Below are positions 1-9,237 of a stretch of 64,000 bases of DNA, piece after piece. This DNA is from a virus. The DNA lies in the IMG/VR virus record IMGVR_UViG_3300029431_000104, one strand, 5' to 3'. Numbering within the stretch: the stretch's first letter is position 1; each line of letters starts with the position of its first letter. The translations under genes were made by a program, and so were the position numbers. Under the pieces are notes generated by a model, which had not been told where the DNA came from, searched no databases, and saw only the letters and a list, made by a program, of their open reading frames with translations.

Positions 1-61
1 GTCGCCACGATGGAGCCGCAGCAGTGGAAGCAGATCAATCAGTAATGGGGAGGAAATCATC

Positions 62-625
62 ATGCAGAAAGAAACACAGGTTATCCGTTGGGTCGATCAT
101 AAAGAAGAAAAGGTGCCGGAATGTCGCAATAACCGAAGTCATTCTGATCCGACTGCAAATGAGGCTATCGGGAATGTGATGAGAGAAGAACGGCGAAAAG
201 AGAAAGAGAAGATGATGAAAGAACTGCTTCCACCAAAGCAGCTAGAATTTGACCGTCTCTTTAAAGCCGGAAACCGTCCGGAACTGAAAGATATTCTCAG
301 CTGGTTTGGTAATGATACGGTCCTTCATATCGGGTCGAAATCGGCTTTCTATTTTATCGGCACGGCTAAGGAACTCAAGAAGGATATGGCTTTTGTCGAG
401 AGCAATATGCAGCCGAAGAAGAACGCAGACGAACCTCCTAAGCGAAAAGCTGTTCCTGTACTTAAGCGTAAAGTCATTGAGGTATACTCCAAGCTTGACC
501 CTTCTGAGGGTGTGATTATCAAAACGGAAGGTTCTGAGAGCGGTAACTTCTGGTTTGGAGCGGAGTATTACGCGGCAAAGAAAAAATACCTCCGGGATTG
601 TAGAAAGAGAAAGGCATCCGTATGA
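62..625 (+). CDS. hypothetical phage protein (replication-module neighbour)
   Basis: ATG at 62 preceded by GGGGAGGAAAT RBS; 187-aa ORF with coding-like composition; no recognisable motif. Confidence 0.45.
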   Translation: MQKETQVIRWVDHKEEKVPECRNNRSHSDPTANEAIGNVMREERRKEKEKMMKELLPPKQLEFDRLFKAGNRPELKDILSWFGNDTVLHIGSKSAFYFIGTAKELKKDMAFVESNMQPKKNADEPPKRKAVPVLKRKVIEVYSKLDPSEGVIIKTEGSESGNFWFGAEYYAAKKKYLRDCRKRKASV

Positions 626-990
626 GAGAAAGTGAAGTAGAAAAACAGTTCGTGGCTGCGGTAAAGGCTGCTGGAGGACAGGCACTTAAATTTACCAGTC
701 AGACCATGAATGGCGTGCCAGATCGTCTGGTTCTACTGATTGGCGGCAAGTGTGCATTCGTGGAGCTGAAAGCGCCCGGCAAACAGATGCGAATCCTCCA
801 GCGAAAGCGCAGACAGCAGCTCGAAGCCCTGGGCTTCCCGGTGTTCTGCGTTGACCGCTTGGAGCAGATCCAGCCTGCTGTGGATGCGCTCCTGTGCTGG
901 ACACCTGGTGAGCCTATCCCACAGGGGATCGGGGCAAAGATACCGGAGATGCCGGAAGTGAATCTTCCGGAGAAAGGAGGCGGTGTATGA
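622..990 (+). CDS. VRR-NUC domain nuclease (virus-type replication-repair nuclease)
   Basis: 122 aa; motifs GVPDRLVL...CAFVELK typical of the VRR-NUC PD-(D/E)XK nuclease; overlaps upstream stop (ATGA) and precedes the SNF2 helicase, as is usual in phage replication modules. Confidence 0.75.
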   Translation: MRESEVEKQFVAAVKAAGGQALKFTSQTMNGVPDRLVLLIGGKCAFVELKAPGKQMRILQRKRRQQLEALGFPVFCVDRLEQIQPAVDALLCWTPGEPIPQGIGAKIPEMPEVNLPEKGGGV

Positions 991-2363
991 GATTTGTCCC
1001 ACATGAGTACCAAAGATACTGCACAGAGTATATCAAGACGCACCCAATTGCAGCTCTTTTTCTGGATATGGGCTTAGGCAAAACTGTAATCACCCTTTCC
1101 GCAATCAAAGACCTTATGCTTGAGACCTTCGAGGTCAGCAAGGTTCTCATCATTGCTCCATTGCGTGTTGCTCGTGACACATGGCCGGCAGAAATCGAAA
1201 AGTGGGACCACCTGAAAGGGCTGGATATTTCCGTCATCGTTGGAGATGTTAAGACCCGGATCGCAGCAGTCCACCACCCGGCAATGATTTACATCGTCAA
1301 CCGGGAGAATATCAGGTGGCTGGTGGAGTATTACGAGAAAAATGGAATGCGATGGGATTTTAGCATGATCGTGATTGATGAGCTGTCATCATTCAAGAAC
1401 TATCAGTCTCAGCGTTTCAAGTTCTTACGAAAAGTCCGCCCGTTCGTGAAGCGGTGGGTCGGATTGACCGGTACACCTTCTTCCAACGGTCTCATGGACC
1501 TGTGGGCAGAGATTGGGATTTTGGATGGCGGGGAACGGCTCGGCAAGTTTATCGGCCGGTACCGGGAAGCCTACTTCAAGGCGGGGGCGTTGAATCCGGC
1601 AACCGGCATCGTGTTCCAGTATGTTCCTAGACAGGGGGCAGAGGAGATGATCTATCAGCGGATCTCGGATATCACGATTTCCATGAAGGCTCTGGATTAT
1701 CTCAATATGCCGGATTGTGTACCTACAAGGTGCGAAGTCGAGATGAACACGCAGGAAAGGGAACTCTACGATATGCTCCGGCAGGATCTTCTGATTCCGC
1801 TGAAAGACGGTGACATAGACGCTGCCAATGCTGCATCACTGACAGGGAAGCTGTTGCAGATGAGCAATGGCGCGGTCTATGACGAGAACGGCAAAGCACG
1901 AGTCATCCATGACCACAAGCTGGAAGCTCTCGAAGACCTGATCGAAGCGGCCAACGGACAGCCGGTGCTGGTGGCCTACTGGTTCAAGCATGACCGGGAG
2001 CGTATTATCAACCATCTGTCGAAACTGAAAATCAAAGTCCGGGACATCAAAAGCAGTACCGACATTAAGGACTGGAATGCCGGGAACATCCCAGTTGCAC
2101 TAATCCACCCTGCATCGGCCGGACATGGTCTGAACATCCAGCAGGGCGGACACATCCTGATCTGGTTCGGGCTGACCTGGTCTTTGGAACTGTATCAGCA
2201 GACTAATGCTCGTCTTTGGCGGCAGGGCCAGACGCAGGTGGTCACCATCCACCACATCATCACCAAGGACACTGTGGATGAGGATGTCATGGCGGCTTTG
2301 GAGCAGAAGGACATGACACAGGAGAAGCTGATCTCAGCGGTCAAAGCGCAGTTGGGAGTTTGA
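987..2363 (+). CDS. SNF2/DEAD-box-like helicase (phage replication)
   Basis: 458 aa; Walker A LDMGLGKT; DExx box IVIDELS; helicase C-terminal motifs (QQTNARLWRQGQ); pairs with VRR-NUC. Confidence 0.85.
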   Translation: MRFVPHEYQRYCTEYIKTHPIAALFLDMGLGKTVITLSAIKDLMLETFEVSKVLIIAPLRVARDTWPAEIEKWDHLKGLDISVIVGDVKTRIAAVHHPAMIYIVNRENIRWLVEYYEKNGMRWDFSMIVIDELSSFKNYQSQRFKFLRKVRPFVKRWVGLTGTPSSNGLMDLWAEIGILDGGERLGKFIGRYREAYFKAGALNPATGIVFQYVPRQGAEEMIYQRISDITISMKALDYLNMPDCVPTRCEVEMNTQERELYDMLRQDLLIPLKDGDIDAANAASLTGKLLQMSNGAVYDENGKARVIHDHKLEALEDLIEAANGQPVLVAYWFKHDRERIINHLSKLKIKVRDIKSSTDIKDWNAGNIPVALIHPASAGHGLNIQQGGHILIWFGLTWSLELYQQTNARLWRQGQTQVVTIHHIITKDTVDEDVMAALEQKDMTQEKLISAVKAQLGV

Positions 2364-2501
2364 TTTCCATGCGGTGTAGGGCGGTAATGTCCTGCACCGC
2401 TTTTCTTTAAAAAATTCTCCATTTATTTTTTGGAAGAGGTTCGATTTCTCCACTTTTTCATCGCCTGTGATTTAGAAGCAGACGAAGGGAGAAAGTGGAA
2501 G

Positions 2502-3179
2502 ATGAATACACAGGATATCCGAAAAGAACAGGAACAGGTGCTTGCTCACGCTGCCGAAAGGCCGTCTGAGCTGTTTGGGTTGCTGGATTACATATTTGAT
2601 CATGCAAATGGAGACGTTGACGAAGCAGAAACCAGGATTCTGGACGAAATAAAACGCTGGGTTCGAGATATGGGTAAGATGATTGCAGGGAAAAAAGTGC
2701 AACTTAAGAAGCTGAAAGAGCAGCTGCTGTCTGCACCGACACTGACACCTGTAGAAGCCTACTACGCCATGAATTCTGGGTGCTCTGGGGAAGGAGAACG
2801 AGTCCAGAGCAGTCATATCTCAGACCCGACTGCAAAAGCAGCAATCGGCGCACTGGATTACATTATCCGAACCTGGCGGGATGATTACAAGAAATCATTG
2901 AAAAAATATGGGACACTGGCAGGTGATATTTATCTTCTGGAAATGGCTGCAGATTATGTGGGCGGAGAACAGGGGACGGTTGTTCGGCAGATTTATGTGG
3001 ATGGAGTTTTCTGGAAAGATGCAGTGGGGTTAGAGGGAAAGTCGCTGTCGTGGCAAGTCATCCGAAAGATGGAACGACAGGCGCAGGAAGAAATGGCTGA
3101 ATTTATTTTGAAGTACTGGAAAACACAGCGGGAAGAAAATGAGGAGGACATGAAGGATGGCACGGAGAAAGTTGTTTGA
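2502..3179 (+). CDS. hypothetical phage protein
   Basis: The listed ORF begins with TTG at 2430. The ATG at 2502 is preferred because it has a GAAGGGA/GTGGAAG RBS. No recognised motif. Confidence 0.4.
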   Translation: MNTQDIRKEQEQVLAHAAERPSELFGLLDYIFDHANGDVDEAETRILDEIKRWVRDMGKMIAGKKVQLKKLKEQLLSAPTLTPVEAYYAMNSGCSGEGERVQSSHISDPTAKAAIGALDYIIRTWRDDYKKSLKKYGTLAGDIYLLEMAADYVGGEQGTVVRQIYVDGVFWKDAVGLEGKSLSWQVIRKMERQAQEEMAEFILKYWKTQREENEEDMKDGTEKVV

Positions 3180-3612
3180 TAGACCGGTAGATAAGGAAAT
3201 GGTAGAACGAGCAAAACAGGTCTGTAAGGAATACACAGTGGCGAAGCGGGAACTGCCGGTACTGGAACAGGATCTTGCGCGGTTGGCAACTAAGCGGACT
3301 GAGGAAAAAAACAAAGTAATGCGGCAGTTGTATCTGGAAAAAGAGCAGGAACTTCAGAAAATGGTTGACCAGGATAAAGAAATCATCACACTTTTCACAG
3401 CTGGAGAGGAGTTTTTAGAAGGAACACCCAGAGAAGTTATTATCCAGAAATTTCTCAACGGAAAAGGATGGAACGAAATTGAAACCCCAGAAAGTAGTGT
3501 GGTAAAAATGTCGAATGGCTGTGTAGACCACTATCTCAAAATCGGATATCAGATGATGGGGTATGGAATCCAGCGGTATCTTTCAATACGGGATAAGATG
3601 TTGGGAAAGTGA
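3157..3612 (+). CDS. hypothetical phage protein (possible small regulator)
   Basis: ATG with GAGGAGGA RBS 8 nt upstream; 151 aa; followed by a rho-independent terminator. Confidence 0.45.
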   Translation: MARRKLFDRPVDKEMVERAKQVCKEYTVAKRELPVLEQDLARLATKRTEEKNKVMRQLYLEKEQELQKMVDQDKEIITLFTAGEEFLEGTPREVIIQKFLNGKGWNEIETPESSVVKMSNGCVDHYLKIGYQMMGYGIQRYLSIRDKMLGK

Positions 3613-3639
3613 ACTTCAGGAGTTCACTTCCTTTTTTTG
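3607..3639 (+). terminator. rho-independent terminator
   Basis: AAGTGAACT-tcagg-AGTTCACTT 9-bp stem followed by a 7-T run. Confidence 0.6.
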
Positions 3640-3700
3640 AACTTTTACCAGTCACGATAAAACATCGAGAGCTATAACTTTTCAGAGCTTTTCATCATAA

Positions 3701-3760
3701 TTGGAGAGAATTGCTTTTAATTGGAGAAAAATGGCTTATATTGGAGAAAAAACGCATTGC
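3701..3760. repeat. 3 x 20-bp tandem direct repeats (TTGGAGArAAwkGCTTwTAA)
   Basis: ttggagagaattgcttttaa / ttggagaaaaatggcttata / ttggagaaaaaacgcattgc read directly from the sequence; the third copy overlaps the -35 of the downstream promoter. Confidence 0.7.
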
Positions 3761-3786
3761 ATCGTATGTAGACCCGTGCTATAATA
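3757..3786 (+). promoter_or_regulatory. sigma-70-like promoter (TTGCAT-18 nt-TGcTATAAT)
   Basis: -35 TTGCAT at 3757-3762, extended -10 TGCTATAAT at 3778-3786. Confidence 0.45.
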
Positions 3787-3819
3787 TAAACTGTCAAAAG
3801 CTAAAGAGAAGCAAACAAA

Positions 3820-3853
3820 CAGCCGATAGGTCAAAATCCTGTCGGCTGTTTTC
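3820..3853 (+). terminator. leader hairpin/terminator between promoter and the PemK-like gene
   Basis: CAGCCGATAGG-tcaaaat-CCTGTCGGCTG 11-bp stem (one G-U wobble) followed by TTTTC; lies in the 5' leader, about 50 nt upstream of the RBS. Confidence 0.55.
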
Positions 3854-3901
3854 ATGCCCTCTTTGGCTTTTTTTATTATGCGTCAAGGAGGTGGAACCCG
3901 T

Positions 3902-4483
3902 ATGGGGCGCAAGAAGAAAAATGCAAGACATAGCGTGCATGGTCGCAAGATTCATGTCAACAAGTACATCAATCAATGCGGAAAAACCAAGAAGTGCCGC
4001 AAGTCAGCAGTATCCTGGCGGCCGGCATCGAAAGAAACACCGTTTAATGATATGCCGACCTACCAGTGGCCGACTGTGAGAACCCCAAAACAGTATGAAG
4101 TCTGGTTCGCAGAGCTAGGCGATCACTCTGGCACTTCGGTGCAGAGCGGTACACGTCCAGTTCTGGTCATCAGCAATGACGTGGCGAATCGTAATTCCCC
4201 GGTCATTACAGTGATTCCGCTGAGTTCCAAGTTGAAGAAGCTGGAACTTCCGGTACACATCGTACTTACAGAAAAAGAGTGTGAGATGCTCAGGGATGAG
4301 CATTTGGAGGATTCCATCCTGCTGGTGGAGCAGATCACAACCATCGATAAGATGGTTCTGTTTAATCGGCTCTGCTATGTGGTCTCCGTTCAGAAGAAGT
4401 ACGAGATCGAAGCGGCTGTCACAAAGCAGTTTGCGATGCGGGCTTCAACACATGGTGCGAATTCTACGAGAAAGGAGGTCTGA
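3902..4483 (+). CDS. PemK/MazF-family endoribonuclease-like protein with N-terminal basic Cys/His extension
   Basis: Core YEVWFAELGDHSGTSVQSGTRPVLVISNDVANRNSPVITVIPLSSK matches the PemK/Kid/MazF signature (GEIW..LDPT.G.EQ.G.RPVLIV....VVPVTS). Strong RBS AAGGAGGTG sits before the ATG at 3902. An alternative start is the ATG at 4052 (core only). The N-terminal ~50 aa is K/R/H/C-rich (HSVHGRKIHVNKYINQCGKTKKC). Confidence 0.65.
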   Translation: MGRKKKNARHSVHGRKIHVNKYINQCGKTKKCRKSAVSWRPASKETPFNDMPTYQWPTVRTPKQYEVWFAELGDHSGTSVQSGTRPVLVISNDVANRNSPVITVIPLSSKLKKLELPVHIVLTEKECEMLRDEHLEDSILLVEQITTIDKMVLFNRLCYVVSVQKKYEIEAAVTKQFAMRASTHGANSTRKEV

Positions 4484-4488
4484 CCGCT

Positions 4489-6900
4489 ATGGTGGATATC
4501 AAAAACATCCCGGCGGAGCTGAAGACCTCCTGCCGGTTTTGTGTCTGGAAATTTGAAAAGCGAAACGGTCAGAAGACCAAGATGCCGTATAACCCGGCGA
4601 ACGGTGACAGAGCAAAGATCAATGACCTCCGAACCTTTGCGGATTTCAAGACCACGCTTGTTACCTACGCGATGGGCGGCTATGATGGCATCGGCATTGC
4701 GGTTGGCAGTGGTATCGGAGCTTTCGACATCGACCACTGCATCCGGGAGGATGGTACGCTGAACGATACTGCGGACACTGTACTTTCGATCTTCCCTACA
4801 GCGTATGTAGAGAAGTCACCGTCCGGCAAAGGACTACGTGGATTCTTCCATGTGCCTGAAGACTACGTCTATGACAAGACGGTTTACTACATCAACAACC
4901 GCAGCAAAGGGCTGGAAGTGTATATGCCCGGTGCGACTAACCGCTTCGTTACCGTGACGGGAGATGTTTACCGCACAGGTGAGATCCCAAACGATGAAAC
5001 GGCAATGACCACTCTGCTGGACTCGCTGATGAAGCGAAATAAGCAGGTGCAGCAGACCCATTTCCAGCACCATTCATATCTGGATGACGAGGCTGTTATT
5101 GCACATGCCAATGAAGCCAGCAACAGTGAGAAGTTCAAAAGGCTGTTTGCCGGTGAGTGGGAAGACCTCTACGGCAGTCAGTCGGATGCAGATATGGCGT
5201 TCCTGTCTATTCTGGCATTCTGGTGCGGCTGTGATGAGGAGCAGATGGACCGCATCTTCCGCACATCTGGTCTGATGCGCCCGAAGTGGGATCGCAAACA
5301 GGCTGGTTCAACCTACGGTGCCATCTCTATCCGCAACACAGTCAATACCTGCGTTTCCGTTTACATTCCTGGCAACGCGCAGGACATTGTGGATGAGGAG
5401 TTTGCAAATCTTGACTCTGATGATAAAGAGGCGGAGCGGCCACCGGACATCAGCAAGCTCACGCTGTCGCTGGAAGAAATGGCTCCGCACACGAATCCGC
5501 GCTACGGCAGGGATGAGATCGGTTTGGGCAACATGTTCGCCGATTTTTTCAAGCCTATCGCACGGTACAACAGTGAACGCGGCATCTGGTTTGTCTATGA
5601 TGGAGTTGTCTGGCAGCCGGATATGGAGAACCTTAAGGTGGCAGAGCTTGCGAAATATCTGGCAGATAAGCTGTATCTGTTTGCATTGAAGATTACAGAA
5701 GAGGATGTCAGAAAGCGGTTCATCGACCGCGTCCGGAAACTCCAGCAACGCAAGCACCGTGACACGATGCTGAAAGACGCGAAGTCCGTATTCCCACTGT
5801 CCATGAAGCAGTACGATCAGGATATCTATCTGTTCAACTGCAAAAATGGAACACTGGATCTGCGGACGATGGAATTCCGGGAACACCGCCCGGAGGATTT
5901 TCTCACAAAAGTGTCCCCTGTGATATATGCCCCGGATGCCGACTGCCCTCGCTGGCGGACGTTCATCACGGAGATCATGCAGGGGGATAAGGCCAGAGCA
6001 GACTATCTTCAGAAGGCTATCGGATACTCGTTGACTGGTGACACCCGCATGGAGTGCTTGTTTATTCTGTACGGTCCGACATCCAGAAACGGTAAGGGTA
6101 CCACAATGGAGAGTATTCTGCGTATTATGGGCGAGTACGGTAAAAATGCAGATCCGACCATGCTGCAGGCGAAGTTTAACAGCCAGAGCGGAGGACCGTC
6201 TGAGGAAATCGCCCGGCTTGCCGGCTCTCGTTTTGTAAACATCTCCGAGCCGGAGAAAAAGATCACTCTGGATGCAGCTCTTACCAAACGACTGACCGGT
6301 AACGATACGATCACAGCCCGGTATCTGCATGAGAACAGTTTTGAGTTCCGACCGAACTTCAAAATTTTCATCAACACGAACCATCGTCCGAATATCACAG
6401 ACCTTACGCTGTTTGAGTCTGGCCGAATCAAAATCATTCCGTTTGACCGGCATTTTGAAGAAAATGAACAGGATAAGGATCTAAAGTCCACTTTTGCTAA
6501 ACCGGAAAATATGTCCGGCATTCTGAACTGGATGCTCGAAGGCTATAAGCTGTTCCGCAGTCAGGGACTTGCCATGCCGGATTCTGTCGTTCAGGCAACA
6601 ACGGACTATCAGATATTCTCAGATAAGATGGGTCAGTTTTTTGATGAATGCATTGAAGAAAAGGAAGGGTGTGAGCTTCGGCGCGGTGCAGTTTACACAC
6701 GCTACAAAGAGTGGTGTGGAGAGAATGGCTACCGGGCAGAGGCAGCCAAGAATCTAAACCAGGAGATTGAAAAGCGGTACAAGACTGCAAGAAAGCGTCC
6801 GAATGACGGTGCCTCCAGCAGTACGACTCCGATGGTCCTGGATGTGGCGTTCACGGCAAGTGAAGAGTCAAAAGAGGACTTTGCACCATTGACATCATGA
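4489..6900 (+). CDS. DNA primase/helicase (N-terminal prim-pol domain, C-terminal D5/P4-type NTPase)
   Basis: 803 aa; N-terminal bifunctional primase-polymerase-like region; P-loop LFILYGPTSRNGKGT; D5_N/PriCT-like middle region; RBS AAAGGAGGT. Confidence 0.85.
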   Translation: MVDIKNIPAELKTSCRFCVWKFEKRNGQKTKMPYNPANGDRAKINDLRTFADFKTTLVTYAMGGYDGIGIAVGSGIGAFDIDHCIREDGTLNDTADTVLSIFPTAYVEKSPSGKGLRGFFHVPEDYVYDKTVYYINNRSKGLEVYMPGATNRFVTVTGDVYRTGEIPNDETAMTTLLDSLMKRNKQVQQTHFQHHSYLDDEAVIAHANEASNSEKFKRLFAGEWEDLYGSQSDADMAFLSILAFWCGCDEEQMDRIFRTSGLMRPKWDRKQAGSTYGAISIRNTVNTCVSVYIPGNAQDIVDEEFANLDSDDKEAERPPDISKLTLSLEEMAPHTNPRYGRDEIGLGNMFADFFKPIARYNSERGIWFVYDGVVWQPDMENLKVAELAKYLADKLYLFALKITEEDVRKRFIDRVRKLQQRKHRDTMLKDAKSVFPLSMKQYDQDIYLFNCKNGTLDLRTMEFREHRPEDFLTKVSPVIYAPDADCPRWRTFITEIMQGDKARADYLQKAIGYSLTGDTRMECLFILYGPTSRNGKGTTMESILRIMGEYGKNADPTMLQAKFNSQSGGPSEEIARLAGSRFVNISEPEKKITLDAALTKRLTGNDTITARYLHENSFEFRPNFKIFINTNHRPNITDLTLFESGRIKIIPFDRHFEENEQDKDLKSTFAKPENMSGILNWMLEGYKLFRSQGLAMPDSVVQATTDYQIFSDKMGQFFDECIEEKEGCELRRGAVYTRYKEWCGENGYRAEAAKNLNQEIEKRYKTARKRPNDGASSSTTPMVLDVAFTASEESKEDFAPLTS

Positions 6901-6997
6901 GCTTGAAATTCAAGGTACGGACGGATTTGTTGCGGCTGTTGCTGGAAGAACACAGTGAAATCTATTGTTTTTGATTTTCATAAGTTCCCATCAAAAT

Positions 6998-7292
6998 ACC
7001 AGCAACACACGACTTCGGAGTCACGTTACCAGCAACAGCAGCAACGCCCCAGCAACAGAAAAACGTAGGAAAATCAAGGGTTTTCGGTGCTGTTGCGAGT
7101 GTTGCGAGTGAAAACCCTATTTTATTTATATTATTTTCTTTTATATACTATTTACTTTTTACTAGCAACAATAGCAACAAAAGAAAAAATATAGATCTTA
7201 ACACCCCTGAAAAGTGCGTAAAATCAATATTTTTGGGGACTGGACACCTCGCTTTGTGAGGAAAGCGCCAGCAACACACCAGCAACAGATTC
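6998..7292. repeat. iteron cluster plus AT-rich tract (candidate phage origin of replication)
   Basis: At least 8 copies of (C/T)AGCAACA (7000, 7030, 7036, 7050, 7165, 7174, 7269, 7280); tandem GTTGCGAGT x2 (7093-7110); AT-rich 7111-7200; immediately downstream of the primase. Confidence 0.5.
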
Positions 7293-7406
7293 AGAGGACA
7301 CATTGGAACTACACAATGGAACATCGCAGGCCGCTTTTGTGGGAGCCTATTTGTGGGCAAGGGCAAAGGCGGCTTGCTTTGTGATACATGAAAGAGAGGA
7401 CAGAAC

Positions 7407-8474
7407 ATGAGTAAGATTATCACCTGTGAACAGGTCAGCAATGGCCATCCTGATAAGATCTGTGACCAGATCGCAGATGCTATTGTGACCGACATTCTTC
7501 AGCATGACAGGCACGCCCGTGTGGCGATCGAGTGTCTGCTGAAAAAGAGCCAGCTCTTTATTGCCGGCGAGGTCACCACCGACTACCGGCCAAACTACAA
7601 CCAGATCGTCCATGATGTGTTCAATCGCATCGGCGCCGAAAAGCTGGGGTGGAACCTGACCGAGCTTCTTCGCATCGGCATTCTGGTGGACAAGCAGTCC
7701 CCGGACATTGCACTGGGTGTGGACAAGGGCGGTGCCGGTGACCAGGGCATCATGTATGGCTACGCCACCAACGAGACAGCAGAGCAGATGCCAATCCCGT
7801 ACATGGTTGCCACCAAGTTCCTGCAGCTGCTGAAGAACCATCCGTCCAAGATGTTCCGAGCAGATGCCAAGGCGCAGGTCAGCTACGATTACGACACCGG
7901 CCGAATCACCACCTTCCTCTGCTCCGTGCAGCACAGCCCGGATGTGGAGGTCAGCGACTTCCGGCATATCATCGAATCCATGATGGTGCTGGCCGCCTGC
8001 GAGTACGGTCTGGATGGTGACTTCACGAAGCTGGTTAATCCGACCGGTCGTTTCGTGCTGGGCGGCAGCTATGCTGACTGTGGTGTGACTGGCCGGAAGC
8101 TGGCGTGCGATACCTACGGTGGCATCGGTCGCATGGGTGGTGGTGCATTGAGTGGCAAAGACCCTACCAAGGTGGACCGCTCCGCAGCATACATGGCTCG
8201 GAAGATCGCCAAAGACATCGTGCAGGCGGGCTACGCTGACAAGTGCGAAGTCCAGCTGGCTTACGCCATCGGCGTGGTACAGCCAGTCGGTGTGTCGGTG
8301 GAGTGCTTCGGTACAGAGCACCAGTCCCTTGACTTCATCGAAGCCTACGTCCATGACAGCTACGACCTGACCCCGCAGGGTATCATCAAGCGGCTGGGAC
8401 TGCTGGATGTAGATTACAACAAGGTCAGTGCTTACGGTCACTTCGGCAAGGCTGGTCTTCCGTGGGAGGACTGA
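7407..8474 (+). CDS. metK: S-adenosylmethionine synthetase (methionine adenosyltransferase), phage-encoded
   Basis: N-terminal hallmark SNGHPDKICDQIADAI; GAGDQGIMYGYATNET; DAKAQVSYDYD; NPTGRFVLGGSYADCGVTGRKLACDTYGG; GGGALSGKDPTKVDRSAAY. These motifs are collinear with bacterial MetK over the whole length (355 aa). Confidence 0.9.
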   Translation: MSKIITCEQVSNGHPDKICDQIADAIVTDILQHDRHARVAIECLLKKSQLFIAGEVTTDYRPNYNQIVHDVFNRIGAEKLGWNLTELLRIGILVDKQSPDIALGVDKGGAGDQGIMYGYATNETAEQMPIPYMVATKFLQLLKNHPSKMFRADAKAQVSYDYDTGRITTFLCSVQHSPDVEVSDFRHIIESMMVLAACEYGLDGDFTKLVNPTGRFVLGGSYADCGVTGRKLACDTYGGIGRMGGGALSGKDPTKVDRSAAYMARKIAKDIVQAGYADKCEVQLAYAIGVVQPVGVSVECFGTEHQSLDFIEAYVHDSYDLTPQGIIKRLGLLDVDYNKVSAYGHFGKAGLPWED

Positions 8475-8477
8475 CCC

Positions 8478-8837
8478 ATGCCGTACAGACCAAAGACACC
8501 GTGCCGTCATCCCGGCTGCCCGGAGCTGGTGGAAGCCGGCCGGCTCTACTGTGAGAAGCACCTGCTTCTCCACCCGGAAGTAACCCGCCCGGCGGCGAAG
8601 CGTGGATACAACAGGCGGTGGCAGAAAGCCCGAAAGTCATATCTCGAAGCTCATCCGCTCTGTGTGCAGTGCGCCAAGCAGGGTAAGTACGTCCGGGCAA
8701 CGGTGGTGGATCACATCATTCCGCACCGTGGTGACCAGAAACTTTTCTGGGACCAGAACAACTGGCAGTCGCTCTGTAAGAGCTGCCACGATAAGAAGAC
8801 GCTGACCGAAGACATCAACCCGACCTACACCTACTGA
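8478..8837 (+). CDS. HNH endonuclease
   Basis: 119 aa; C-x2-C...VDHIIPH...N...LCKSCHDKKT (HNH ββα-Me motif with zinc ligands). Confidence 0.8.
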   Translation: MPYRPKTPCRHPGCPELVEAGRLYCEKHLLLHPEVTRPAAKRGYNRRWQKARKSYLEAHPLCVQCAKQGKYVRATVVDHIIPHRGDQKLFWDQNNWQSLCKSCHDKKTLTEDINPTYTY

Positions 8838-9237
8838 CACTCCCACCGGGGCCGGGGTCACTTCTCTACAGTGAAGTCACACGAAGACCGGTGCGCCCTT
8901 TTCTGTGAAAAACCGCAAAATTCATAGGCCGGGGGTCAGAGGAATAACGACGCAAAATGAAACAGGAAAATGTACAGGCATCGGAGCTTCGGTTCCGGTG
9001 CCATTCTTTTTCCCCGAAATGAACCAAAGTGTGTGAAACCTCTCGTAAACAGGGAGCTTTCGCACATTTTAGCTTGTTCCGGGAGGAGCAGGGGCGAGCG
9101 GGAATCGGCCGTCGCAACAACGATCCAACCTGGCGGGGCAGTGCCGATTTCAACTTCGCTGCTTTTCGTATGTATTTTGAAATTTTTCTAAGAAACCGCC
9201 GAAGAAACGGCGAAAAATGAGAGTGAGGTGAGGGCAG

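Noticed and set aside
3711-4079. 122-aa ORF upstream of and overlapping the PemK-like gene, as a candidate antitoxin
   Set aside because: It has no RBS, overlaps the promoter/terminator leader and the toxin ORF out of frame, and has an odd composition. It is treated as non-coding.
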